Assembly (NCBI GenBank): GCA_965178125.1
Contig: OZ237757.1
Span: 434,001 to 498,000 of the forward strand
Origin: Bilabrum cf. latius
Taxonomy: Eukaryota
Length of the DNA stretch: 64,000 nt
Direction of reading: 5' to 3'
How positions within the stretch are numbered: position 1 is the stretch's first letter; the number at the start of each line of letters is the position of its first letter. Position numbers and translations under genes: made by a program. This document shows, piece after piece, positions 13,342-24,645 of the stretch. The notes beneath the pieces were generated by a model. That model was not told the origin of the DNA. It was given only the letters and a program-made list of their open reading frames with translations, and made no database searches.

Positions 13342-15040
13342 TCACACCGGCTTCGTCTTCACGGCGGATCCTAGCCCCGGCAACCCCCCTGCGCTGGTGT
13401 ACCGCCTCCCACCCCTTCCCGTGGAGGAGCCCCCCCTGCATGAGAGCCAGATCGACACTGCCACTCCGACCAGAAGCAGCGCGATGGCCCCCCACATGAA
13501 CATGCCTCCCTGCCCCTGCAGTGCCTTCGAGGCCTCCTCCTGGGCCGTCTGCTTGAGCTGATCCGTGAGGGAATTGATCTTCCTGGAGAGATCCTGGGAG
13601 TTGATCGAGGCCTGCTGCTGGGTGGTCTGCTGATGCCTGTCGATCTGGCTCTGGAGTCTCCTCTCGATGTCGCCTGTTTTGTCCTGGATACCCCGCTCCA
13701 CGTGCTGCGCCACTTGCTCGCTCACACCGTCTCGCACCTTCTGATCGACCCTCTCGTCCACTTTCTGCTCCACCTGGCCCGCAACCCGATCCGTGACCTT
13801 GTCAGCCAGCCTGTCCTCCAGCTCCCTGAGCCGCCGCTCGAGGTCCTGCTCCTGCGCCTTGAGCTTGCCCACTGTGTTCTCCAGGCGCTCGTACACGGCG
13901 TGCAGGTGGTGCTCCATCTCGTGGGTCATGGAATCTAGGCGCGCCTCTAGCCTGGAGCCCTCCCTCTGCACAGCTGACCGGATGGCCGTGTCTACGACCT
14001 GGGTGCCAGTGGACACCTGAGCGGGAAGCATGTTGCCGCCGGGTTTCTCGGGGAGGAGTTCATCTCCCTCTGCGGTCATCAGGCTGATCACATCGTGGTT
14101 GTCGGCCAGCTGGCCCGTGCTGGAAGTCACGCCGATCCTGGCGCTGCGGTGCCAGCCGTCGGGCAGGCCATGGAGCGGTGCCTTGTCGATGCAAGTCTTG
14201 AACTCGCCCGTGTTCTTGGCATCAAGAGATACAGTCACGGTGGCGGGATACCGTGTGGCGTCAACGGTGATTTTTGCGACCGATTTGCTCTCGGAAGCCT
14301 TGAAATCTGCTCGCTTCTCGTAGTACCTGAAGTCGCCAGAGCAGCCCGGGTCATCGTTTGCGATGAGCGCACCGCCGTGGGGACTCTCCACCGATCTGGT
14401 TCCATCATTAGTAACAAGAGAAATATCCTTGTGGGTACCCGCACTCTCTCGGTTGACGAACGTGTCGAACACAATACCAAAACCTGCGATGGATAGTGGG
14501 CCACCCTTGCTGCTTTCAATACAAACCTCTGCATGCCTACTCCCAACGCAGAACTACCGACAGGTTGCGTAGCTCACCCGTAAACTTATCAGTGTATCCA
14601 TGGACATTTCCATCCTTGTGGTACTCGTCCTGCGTTACCCAAAACGCGAAGCCATCCCCAAACAGAATCTTGCCCTGGCCGCTAACTCGAAATCGCAAGG
14701 TCGTGGTGAACTTATCCAATGATACAGGGTTCTTTCCCCAGACGAAGCCTCGCCGATTCTGCGAGAGAAAGCGTAGCACGACTGCACCACGGCGCGATCA
14801 TGTGCAACTGCAAGCGAACCCGCCGAGAAACAAGGAGTTCCTCACCGCTCGATCCGTCGTCAACCTAAGGTAGTTGTCTTTGATTTCTGTCATTCCACCC
14901 CAGTTCCAGTCCTATAGCGTGCGATCCCCCTCGCTGTTGACGTCGGTGAACGGTGGGATCAGGCTGAGCGGCGATATAGGGTCAGCAGCATTTGCAACTG
15001 CAGCGATGAGAGCAGCAAGAACAGTGCAGAAAGTTTTCAT
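13342..15040 (-). CDS. L-type (legume-like) lectin, VIP36/ERGIC-53 family type I membrane cargo receptor; 3 exons
   Basis: Signal peptide MKTFCTVLAALIAAVANA; LRLT, FGDGFAFW, FTG|FGIVFDTF, STGQLADNHDV motifs; coiled coil; TM helix; C-terminal KTKPV (KxKxx retrieval signal). Introns 14759-14845 and 14484-14577 restore the frame; one TAG in exon 1; ends TGA. Confidence 0.9.
14484..14577 (-). other. Spliceosomal intron (lectin intron 2)
   Basis: GTGAG...ATCGCAG; removal yields FTG-FGIVFDTF. Confidence 0.85.
14759..14845 (-). other. Spliceosomal intron (lectin intron 1)
   Basis: GTGAG...TCGCAG; removal yields LRLTTDRA-NRRGFVW. Confidence 0.8.
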
Positions 15041-15344
15041 CTTGTAAAAACTATATCAAGCCTGGAAGATGCGAGTGACCCTGCCGCCGTCTGCCGCGAT
15101 CAGGCCAAACACGTGGATGCTGTAAATGCAACGGAACAATTAAATTAAATCATATTCGCGTCCGTTTGCGACGAATTCGGCTTGGAGCTGGACCTGAACG
15201 GAAATGGTACTGCTATTATTAGCATTCGTGCAGCATTGTTGTAGCCTTCAGGGAGCTGACTGTTGATTTGGTAGCATTTAATTCGACTTACGGCCCATTA
15301 AGGTCATTGCTGCTTGAGTTTCAGCTTCTGCCAAGGATCTCAGC

Positions 15345-18300
15345 ATGGCGCACCCGGGAAGAACCATCATGCGTTCTGTGCCGACACTAGAAAGGGTTGG
15401 ACCATGGCGACGGCTGAAGGACAAACAAGGGCGGGCATTCTACTTCAACAAGGAGACAAAGGCTAAACAGTGGCAGAAACCGGCAGAAGTGGCCGAGGCC
15501 GAGCGAAGAGCTGCAGATATGAGACCAACAGCTCCACCTAGATCTGCTGCGCCCCAATTTTTACCAGCGGGAGCCTCTGCTAGAGCAGCTCTTGGCAGCT
15601 AGCAGGTCCCGCCTGGCCCGTTACCCGTAACCCGCATGCTTGGCAGGCGATCGTCCGGTGGGAGCCAATCGAGCGGAGCGGGCAGCGCCGCGCCAGGAGC
15701 GCCAAGAAGCTCTGCCGCTGGAGGAAGGGCACCAGGAATCGGCAAAAGCTCGTTGCCGTTGCCATCGCGAGGAGTATCGCAGGGCGCAAGCGGAGCAGCG
15801 GGATTGCGGCCCATGCCCGCGACCGGCGCTCCCATCACCAAGCACGGCGACTGGCGCTTAATACCTGCGAAAACCCCGGATGCAAAACCATTTTGGTATA
15901 ACAAAGCAACAAAAGCGAAGCAGTGGGGGAAGCCAGCCGAAGTGCTTGCGGCCGAGCAGCAGCAATCGCAGTCGCAGGGATCCGCAGCTGGCGCAGCCCC
16001 GAGCTCCCCGCCCATGAGGCGAGCACCACAAGCGCCGGCAGCTGCCAGCGGCACGACCGCTGGATTGCCAACAGCCAGCTCTCTTGGAACTGCCACAGGG
16101 CCAGCTACCGTACGGCTACCGTCCTCTGGCAGTGGCAGCGCTGCCCCATCGCCTGCTCCCATCACCAAGCTTGGTGATTGGCGCCTCATTCCCGCAAAGA
16201 CACCCACCGGCAAGCCGTTCTGGTACAACAAAGCTACGAAAGCAAAATAGTGGGATAAGCCTGCCGATGTTGCGTTAGCCGAGCAGCAGCAAAAGGACGC
16301 GCATGCAGCCGGAGCAACTGCTCGGGGAGGAAGCGAGCAAACAGCGAGTGCAGGCCAAAATGCAGGCGCGAAGCCAGCACCGGCACTTGAGCCAATCACG
16401 CGCCTCGGCAATTGGCGGCTGATTCCGGCCAAGCAGCAGGGTGGAAAGCCGTTCTGGTACAACAAAGAGACGAAAGCGAAGCAGTGGGGCAAACCAGCCG
16501 AGGTCATTGCAGCCGAGCACGCACGGGCGCGAGAGCAGCAAGCCGCGGAGTCATCATCTGCACCGGTTGCAACTGCATTATCCCCGTTTCCCGCGGCGGG
16601 TCCAGTGGCAGCGGAACCTGTGCAGCCTGTCACGCTGAACAAATTCGAGGGCTGGCGTCTCATTCCGGCCAAGAAGGAAGGGGCAAGGCCGTTCTGGTAC
16701 AACAAGGCCACCAAGGCCAAGCAGTGGGACAAGCCAACGGAAGTGATCCAGGAAGAAACCAGGCTGACTGCACAAGCCCAGGCAGAGGCCGACAGCGCAG
16801 CCCAGAATGCAGCAGCAGCAGCAGCAGGAGCAGGGAACACAGGGAACGACGAAGGCAGCGGCAGCGGCAGCGGCGCTCCTGCGTATCCCGGTTCCGACCT
16901 GAGTCACGCGCCCACCGACCCCGGTGTGCCGTTCCCACCCCCCTATGACCCCCCCGTGCACCTGGGTGAGGATCCAGACGAGGCAGCTGACCTGGCGGCA
17001 GCGGCAGTGAGCTCCACTGACGTGGCACCACTCAGAAAAGCAGGCGACTGGCGAATGATCCCGGCGAAAACCGAGGGCGGTAAGCCGTTCTATTACAACA
17101 AGGCCACCAAGGCCAAGCAGTGGGACAAGCCCGTGGAGTTTCTCTCGGCAGAGGAAGAAGCGCTGCAGCAGGCAAGGCAGCAAGCGGCTGATGCCGCGAG
17201 ACAGCGCGTGCAAGATGCCAGAAACCAGCAGCGAGAGCTGGACGAGGCAGCTGCGGCGATCGTCACAGCGAAGCTTGCAAGGGGGCAGCCTGCCACGGGC
17301 TGGCGCGCGGATCGCGACCCCTAGAGCGGGTACGTGTTCTACCGCAACGTGCTGTCTGGCGAGAGGCAGTGGAACAAGCCAGCGGAGCTGGAGGGGCCCG
17401 TGGCCGGCATGCCGTCCGTAGATGCCGGTGCGCCTGCCCCTGTGGCTGCCACAACACCCAAGATACCGACTACCGTCACCCCCCAGCACACCATAGTCAC
17501 TACTAATCCTGCTTCGGACGAATCTGACGGTGCAGCTGGTGGCGATGGCAGCGGAGACGGGGTCGGTCAGGACGATGGCGCGAAGCATGGCCATGGCGAG
17601 GACGATGATAAGGAGGAGGATGCGGCCAATGAAAGCGGCAAAGGCCAGGGTGAAGCTGCACCGGCGACCAAGCAACCGGCCAGGGTTACCCTAGTGTCGC
17701 CGAAGAGTGGCAGCAGCAAGAACCTAGGCTCCTTGGCGGCTGATGAGGGCGACAGTCCGGCATACGGCAGTCACACGCACGCAGCCAGGTCGGGAGGCCG
17801 GCTTGCGGCTGCCGTGAAACGATCCAGCGATGCCTCGGTGCGGGAAGCGCTAGATCAGGAGCATGATCGCAAGGAGAGAGACGCAAGCGATGCCCTGCAC
17901 GCTGCGACCGCCAGTGCCCGTGCAGCCGAAGGAGCTGCAGATGACTCCCCGCCGGAGCAGCTGGACGAGGAGGCGGCTGCTGCGGCACACGGCTAGGGAC
18001 AGGGAAGCATCGCCAAGGAGTTGGGCGAGTCCTCGCGAAGCCAGAAATAGGACCTCACCCGCAACACGGGCGATGACCCCGCTACGGGCGGTGCCGATGC
18101 TTCAGCAACGCAGGATCAAGATGACGAGGGCAGCAGGGGCCACGGGCAGTCGGACTCGCTCATGATGGGAGGTCCGGCCAGCGGGCACGGCGGACCGGTA
18201 GACGTGGCTGTGGTGAAACGCCCGGCGCTGAGGCCAGTGGCATCCGGCCTTTTTGCACCTGAAGACGACCACCTTCGTCTCGAAGGGCACCTGTACAAGC

Positions 18301-21300
18301 AGTCCAAGAGCCTGCTTCGGTTATGGCTGCGCCGCTACTGGGTCACGGAAGGTCCCCTCCTGCTCTACTGGAGGGAGGAGGAGGACCGGCACAAGCAAGG
18401 CGCGGCCGGCCTGCCGCAAGCCGCCATTGACCTGCGCTTCTGCACAGACCTGCGCCTCGTGGCAGACGACCCGCTCGCCTTTGAGCTCGAGGGGACAGAG
18501 GTCGGTGTGTACAAGCTGAGGGCCTCAACGAACCAGGAGGCGAGGCTTTGGTACAGCGGCTTGCTTTGCGTGCTCTACGAGTACGGGTGCTTGGCACAAG
18601 CGAACAGTGCGTTGGGGCACAGGCTGGCCTACCGGTTCGGCTGGCAGCCCGGTGACGTCGGTGCGGCGATTCGCGCGTATGAGGAGCAGCAGCTCGCTGG
18701 TGCTGCCGATGCAGGAGCGGTTGCTGACGGCGCCGATGGGGGGCAGGACGAGAAGGACGGCTCATCAGGCATAAGGGGTGGCAAAGGGGAAGAGGAAAAG
18801 GAGGGGCCGATGACGCCGGGTGGCTCCCTGCTCCGGGCCACAAAGTCGTTCCGGCAGCGCGGCCTCGCGGACATTGTGGGCCAGAGGCGGTCGCCTGTAG
18901 GGAAGCAGGGGGTCTCGTCAGGCCTGGGTCAGGGAGGGGCCGCGGAGGAAGAGGCCAGGGCGATTCGGGAGGAACAGCAGCGCGCGATGCAGCGCGCCAT
19001 GGCCGCCCTTGGCGGCACAGTTCACGAGGATGGTGCGGGGAGCGATGCCGTTGGTGGGTCTTCCATTGGCCAAGGGTCTGCAGCTGGAGGCAGCGGCGCG
19101 ATGCCCTTCGATGGACCCGAGCTGCCTTGGCCCGAGGAGCTGGACCCGGAGGCCTCTGGCCCCAGCACTGCCGGCGAGAGTGGGGCCGAACGGCGTGCCA
19201 GGGTGAGCATGGCTGCAGGTGCGGATGGTGCTGCGGACGATGGTACTGGTGATGGCGCGGCCGACTGGGCCGCAAGAGAGAAGACGGGCGGCGGCTAGGC
19301 CTCCTCGAGGCGGGGGCGTTCAGCCCAGATCGGGGGCAGGGCATCAAGTGCCCCGTCACCCACGACAAGAGGGGGGGCAAGAGAGCCAGACCGTGCCCTT
19401 ACCGGGCTAGCATGGCTCGCCTCCCAGCTCAGGAGCATTGGGCAGGCGCAGGCGAAGGAGCCCCCGGCCACGATCGACCCAGCGGACGTGCAGCTACCGC
19501 CTGCGTCCAGGCCTGTATCCAGGAGCAACCCAGCGGCAGCGGCAGCAGCGGGGTCGCCAGCTCGGCCACCCCTAGTCCTCCGCGCCGACGGGACTGACCC
19601 GCAGGTGGAGTCACCACGCCGCGCCGACAACCTGGGCCAGGCCGGCGGCTTCGGCGCGATCGGCGGAAGCGCACGAAATGGTGTTACTGTGGTGGACAGG
19701 ACGGGCGCAAGCCCCTCCTCCACCAGCAACGATAGGGAGGGCTCCTATAGCGCGTACGCAGGCCGCATCGACGACGAGGGCGACGGTAGGGCTGGCAGCA
19801 GAGACAGCGCGAGTCGCCTGGTAGGCGGCGGCTCCGCTGTTCGTTCTCCAGGCCGGTCGCCCCAGCACCGCGCCGGTGCTCTGGGTCCCGCAGCCGCTGC
19901 CGTGCTGGCACAGATGTCGGCCAATCCGCCGGACCACTCCCCACGATCCAGCGCTGGAGCCCCCTTGGCTGCCGAGCCACTATCGCGGCAAGACCTGTCG
20001 CAGCAGTCCTCCCCCGGCGGCCCGTTGGGTGCACAGAGCGCAGCAGTTGCAGCCTCTGCACTGCGGGGCTCCGATGACAGTCCCAGCCGGGACAGGACGC
20101 AGGCGGGCTCGTCTGCGGTGCGTCTGGAGCAGCCTCCCGCCGGTTTCTCTGCTGATGCAACTGTCGATCGAGCCGCAGATGATGCGGGCCAGGATGCGGG
20201 AGCCGCCAGCAGCCAGACTGGCACGCCATCCAAGGCAAGCGGCAGCCCCGGCAGCAGCAGCCCGCACAGGACCCCGAGGCGTGTGGGAGCCGCCGGTGTT
20301 GACGTGCCCGTGCGGCCCGCCAACGCCTCACCCATCCCGCGTGGGCTAGTCGAGCTGCAGTGCAGGCGGGCAGTGAGGGTGCTCCGGACCCAGGCGCCTG
20401 ACCCCGACGATGGAGAGGGTGACGACGAGGGACTCGACGTTGAGACGGGCGAACTAGCCGCGCACAGATCTGCGGAACCGGTAGATCAGCTTCTGCGGAG
20501 GGTGATGCCTCCGTCCGGAGCTGAAATTGCCCACATGCGTGCCCTCACAGACGCAAGGAGCAGCAGGGCAAGGAAGGACGCTGCCATGCTGGCCTCGGCA
20601 ATCCACACGGCGGCGTGCCGGCGCATCCAGATCGCAAGGTCGGGAACGAGTCGTGGCGATTCTTCGGGGCTCACCACTGACGCATCGGCTGCCAGCGGGG
20701 AGGCAGGGAACGCGTCGAGCATCGTCGCCGCTGCGCGCGGCTCTGTGCCAGACGCGTTCGCCCGGGGCGGCAGCGCTGTCCTCGACGTAGACTCGTACCG
20801 TAACAGGATACTGACGCCGCATGTAACCACGGGTACGGGTGAGTCCGGGGCTAATGGTGCCTCGAGCTCTAACAGGAACGGATTCGCATTCGGTGGATCG
20901 GGAGGCCGCACGACGGGCCGTGCCACTGCCAGCATGACGGCTATGGCTGGAACCACCAACCGGGCCGAAGCCATGTCCCGGAACGACGCACTACCGCCCG
21001 CTCTGCTGCCACCCTCGCGAAGTGGCGGTGGGGCTGCTTCAATGGACGACCAGGTCTCCTTGGCAACTGGCGGTGGGCTTGGCGACACTATGCATAGCGT
21101 GGGAGGCATGACGGCCTCTGGCGGGCTGGGCCTGTCAGGCACGTTCCGGTCCACGAGCGCCCAGGCGGGCGCGCGCTCCGGTGACAATCAGCAGCAGCAC
21201 TCGATGCCGGCCGACCCGCTGCAGCAGCAGGCCGTCGCTGGCGCAGCCGTGCTGTGCTCTCGCGTGAGAGATACGCCTGGGCTGACCATTCGGCTGCTGC

Positions 21301-24017
21301 GGGCGCTGAGCCCGCTGGAGCGGCCTCGTGCCGCGGTGGCAGTGGTGGCCGGTCTCCTGGACTCGTCATGCGCCGATGAGGCACGTCTGCCCGCCTTGTT
21401 TGCTGCCGCGACTGATGCGGGTGATCTCGGCGACGAGTTTGCGACTAGGGGCACGTGGGAGTCCTCGGTGCTGTGCAGCCTGGCGCGCGCCATGTCGGCC
21501 AGGCCAGCGGTGGCAGAGTTCGTGGCGCGAGTGGCCGTGCCCCTCGTGTCGCAAGCTGTGCCTCGTGCCCTTCGACTCTGGTCCACCGGTGGTGGGCGTG
21601 GTGGTGGTGGTGGAGGAGTGCATGGGCAGCGCACCGCCCGTCGAGATGGGCTATCCAATGGCCACGGGGACCCAGGGCATTCTGGCAGTGCAAGCGGCAC
21701 GCAGGAAAGCAAAGAGGAGGGCGAGTTTGCTGACGATGGGGAACTCGATGCATCGTCCTCTCTGGAGGCACGGAGGGCGCGGACGTGGGGCGCCACGGGT
21801 ATCTTGGGCGGGGCGCAGGCGCCCGCTGCAGGGGAAGAGGAGGGCGACGATGAGACTGAGCGGGCGAGAAACGCCGCCATCCGCACCCTGTGCATCTGCT
21901 GCTTCTCCCACGGCGGAGGCGGTGGTAGCCACGTGAACGTGATGGGCGCGGGTGCTGACGTGCCTTTCGAGCTGGCACAGTGCATGGCGGCTGCAGAGCA
22001 GCGCGTAGGGGGGCGACTGGCCGCTGCCATCCTCGTGGCTGCCGTGCTGCAGCCCGCCGTTGCTGCTGTTGCGGAGCACGCGCCCAGCATGGAGCTGAAG
22101 GGGGCGCTCATGGGCCTGCTAGATGCCTGCATGGACGCTCTGTGGGCGTGGCAGGAGGCCAAGGATGACGGCAGTTTGGGCGGTGCTCTGGCGGTTGCTA
22201 GGTCCAAGCATCTGCCGGTTGTACCGCTGGTGTTAGCGGCACAAGACGCCGCCGACGCGGCTAGAATACGGGCTGTGCGAGAGCTGCTTCGGGAGGCGGG
22301 GGAGATGGGACTGGCAGGTGACGACGGAGCCCCTGCTGGCAGAGGTGCTGTTGCGAGCGGAGGCAGTCCCCGGAATCAGGGAGGACGCAGCCAGCAGAGC
22401 GAGAAAGACGTGCTGGCAGTTCGTGCTGCGGCGGCGGTGGAGGCACGGCGGCAGCTTCGCAGGCGGCTGGAGGCACGGTGCGTCGCCAGCGGGGATGGGC
22501 TCGGGCTGCTCGCAGTTGCGGTGCAGCGGTGCGCCGGCAGCATGGTCGGCGGTGCACTGCTGTCCACAGACGTACGCGAGTGCGCGTAGGCGGTACGCAG
22601 CTGGCTGGCATCTACTGCTGGTGGCAGTGGTGCTGCATCGAGCCAGGGGGCGGGATTCGAAGCGGCGGCCTCTGGGTACATGGGCCGGGGTTCGCTGGAT
22701 ATGGGGGCAAGCAGCTTGCAGGCGAAGCACGCTGCGTGGAGTCAGCTGCCCATCGTGGGACCCGGGGCAGGCGCGGACAGCTCAGAGCATTCCGACCTGC
22801 AGCTCAGGCTGACAACGTACGGCGTCATTCCCGCGCAGGTGTCTGCCCGTGACCCACCACGGCTGTCGGAGTGCATCGGCGTTGGCATAGAGGAGGCGGA
22901 GGAGGCCGCAGAGGCTGGCGTGAAGGGGGCAAGCGAAGATGGGGAGGATCTCGAGTACGAGGGCAATGACAAGGGCAAAGGCAAGGGTGCTGGCGACAAG
23001 GAGCATGGTGTGGATTCCAATGGCGGTGCTTCCAGCGGGCACTTGGCCGTCGGCGTGGATGCAAGCCTGCGCCGAGCCGCCAGCGGTCATTTCGAGATGG
23101 CGAGCGCGTCGGCAGCCGAGGGCAGGCGTGCAAAGGCAGTTCTGGAGCGGCTGCGCAGAGCAGCCGTGGAAGCTAGCCGGCAGGTGCGCCCGCCGGGCGG
23201 TGGTCCCCAGCTTGAAGACGTCCGTGGCTTTGATGCCGCGCGAGACGCTGTTCTCTTCCTGTCTGCCTCTTTGGAGCAGCTGGACGACACTGGGTCTGAC
23301 CTCCTTGCCGGCGAGAGGGGCAGAGAGGAGCTGGAGAGTCCTCGTCGGAAGGCGGTCGAGTGGTCCATGCAGGACGGCGGCGCTGCTGGCAAGGAGGCCT
23401 GCACGTCGGCGGAGCTCGGGTGCTCCGACGCTGCGGACGAGGTGCTGCGATGGTGCGTTGGCAGCGCGCTAGCGACGGCCCTGCGGCTAAGGGAGGTGCT
23501 TCGTGAAGCTTCGATCGATGCGTCCGAGAGGGCTGAATCGGCGCAGGCGGGCGCCGCTGCCGTGCTCGAGCTGGCAAGGGGGGGCGGGCCTGCGGAGGAT
23601 GCGTGGAGGTTCGTGGGCGGCGGGCTCGGCCTCTCCTTTGGGGAATCTTCGTTGCGGGCTTCCTTCGGCGCAGGGAGCGTAAGAAGTGCGGGAAAACCCG
23701 CGAGCAGCGCTGCCGGTGCTGGTGCTGGTGCTGGTGCTGCAGGAATCGCTTCACCGGGGCGCGCCACGGGCGATCTCGTCGGAACACCCCAGAGGAAGGG
23801 TGGGGCTGACGGGGGGTCAGCTGCAGGTGATGTACAGGATTAGTTTGGGAGCATGGGCGGGGACGGAGAGCAGAGCGATGATGACGACGACGATGACGAT
23901 CTCACCCTGGGCATGCTGATGGGCAGCATTTTTTCGCCGTACAAGCTCGAGAGGCAGCAGCTGCGTGACAGGGAGCGGGCTGCAGAAGGGAATGATGGGA
24001 GGCGTGATGATCTTTGA
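15345..24017 (+). CDS. ~2,890-aa protein with seven WW domains, a PH domain and a helical C-terminal region
   Basis: Fragments 15345, 15636, 16605, 17334, 18162, 19488 and 22680 are one frame broken only by 8 TAGs; ends TGA 24015-24017. WW consensus W-x(n)-F[WY]YNKxTKAKQWxKP; PH: LEGHLYKQSKSLLRLWLRRYWV..LLYW..IDLRFC..YKLRAST..ARLW. Confidence 0.88.
15405..17381 (+). repeat. Seven dispersed WW-domain coding repeats
   Basis: Near-identical units such as TGGTACAACAAGGCCACCAAGGCCAAGCAGTGG separated by Ala/Pro/Gly linkers. Confidence 0.9.
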
Positions 24018-24645
24018 TGTGGAGTAGCACAAAGGCTACGTTGTCTTACATTCCTGTGTCCACTTGCGCATTTAGCCCGTCTTCATACGATCGTCGTCAC
24101 CCGGCTGCCCAAGCACGCATATAGTCCAGCGATGCCTGTAGCACAAATAAGACCCACACCGTAGGTGCCGCTCGCCCAACAACGTGTGAGAGAATGGAAT
24201 ATACTCGAGAGTGTCCATGATTGCACCAAGCTGCAGGTCGGACACCTGCGAGAATCCTCGCCACGTTTTCATGTTCGAATGCTTCGATACGGGTTGTGAT
24301 TCGTGTGTGTGTTCCCCATCTGGATCTCGACCAAACCTGGAATGCAAATTATTTGCTGTGTACTTGTAGTACTATAATGGCCAGCGAACATCGTAGGTGT
24401 GGCATGTAGTTTGGATTGCACGTAACGCTTGACAATTATGTTAGTCCCAGGCGATGCAACGGCACCTGGGACATTGAGCATTCACAGTAGACATGGTATG
24501 CTTTCAATTTGACATTGATGTTCACCTTTCAATTAAGTGACGTCCTTCGCAGGATCGCAGCCCTACCAGTTGCTCTGCCTGCCTACATCTGGTCGCACGT
24601 TCTCGTCAAGAAGTTCGTCCAACGATATACTAATTGAGCATAGAT

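Noticed and set aside
15599-23787. Long antisense and alternate-frame ORFs (for example 15599..16840, 18343..19380, 21188..22207)
   Set aside because: Shadow ORFs of GC-rich coding sequence with no domain signal.
24018-24645. Short ORFs and an 8-bp hairpin (GTCCCAGG/CCTGGGAC near 24444-24472)
   Set aside because: No coherent frame or motif; a single short stem is expected by chance.
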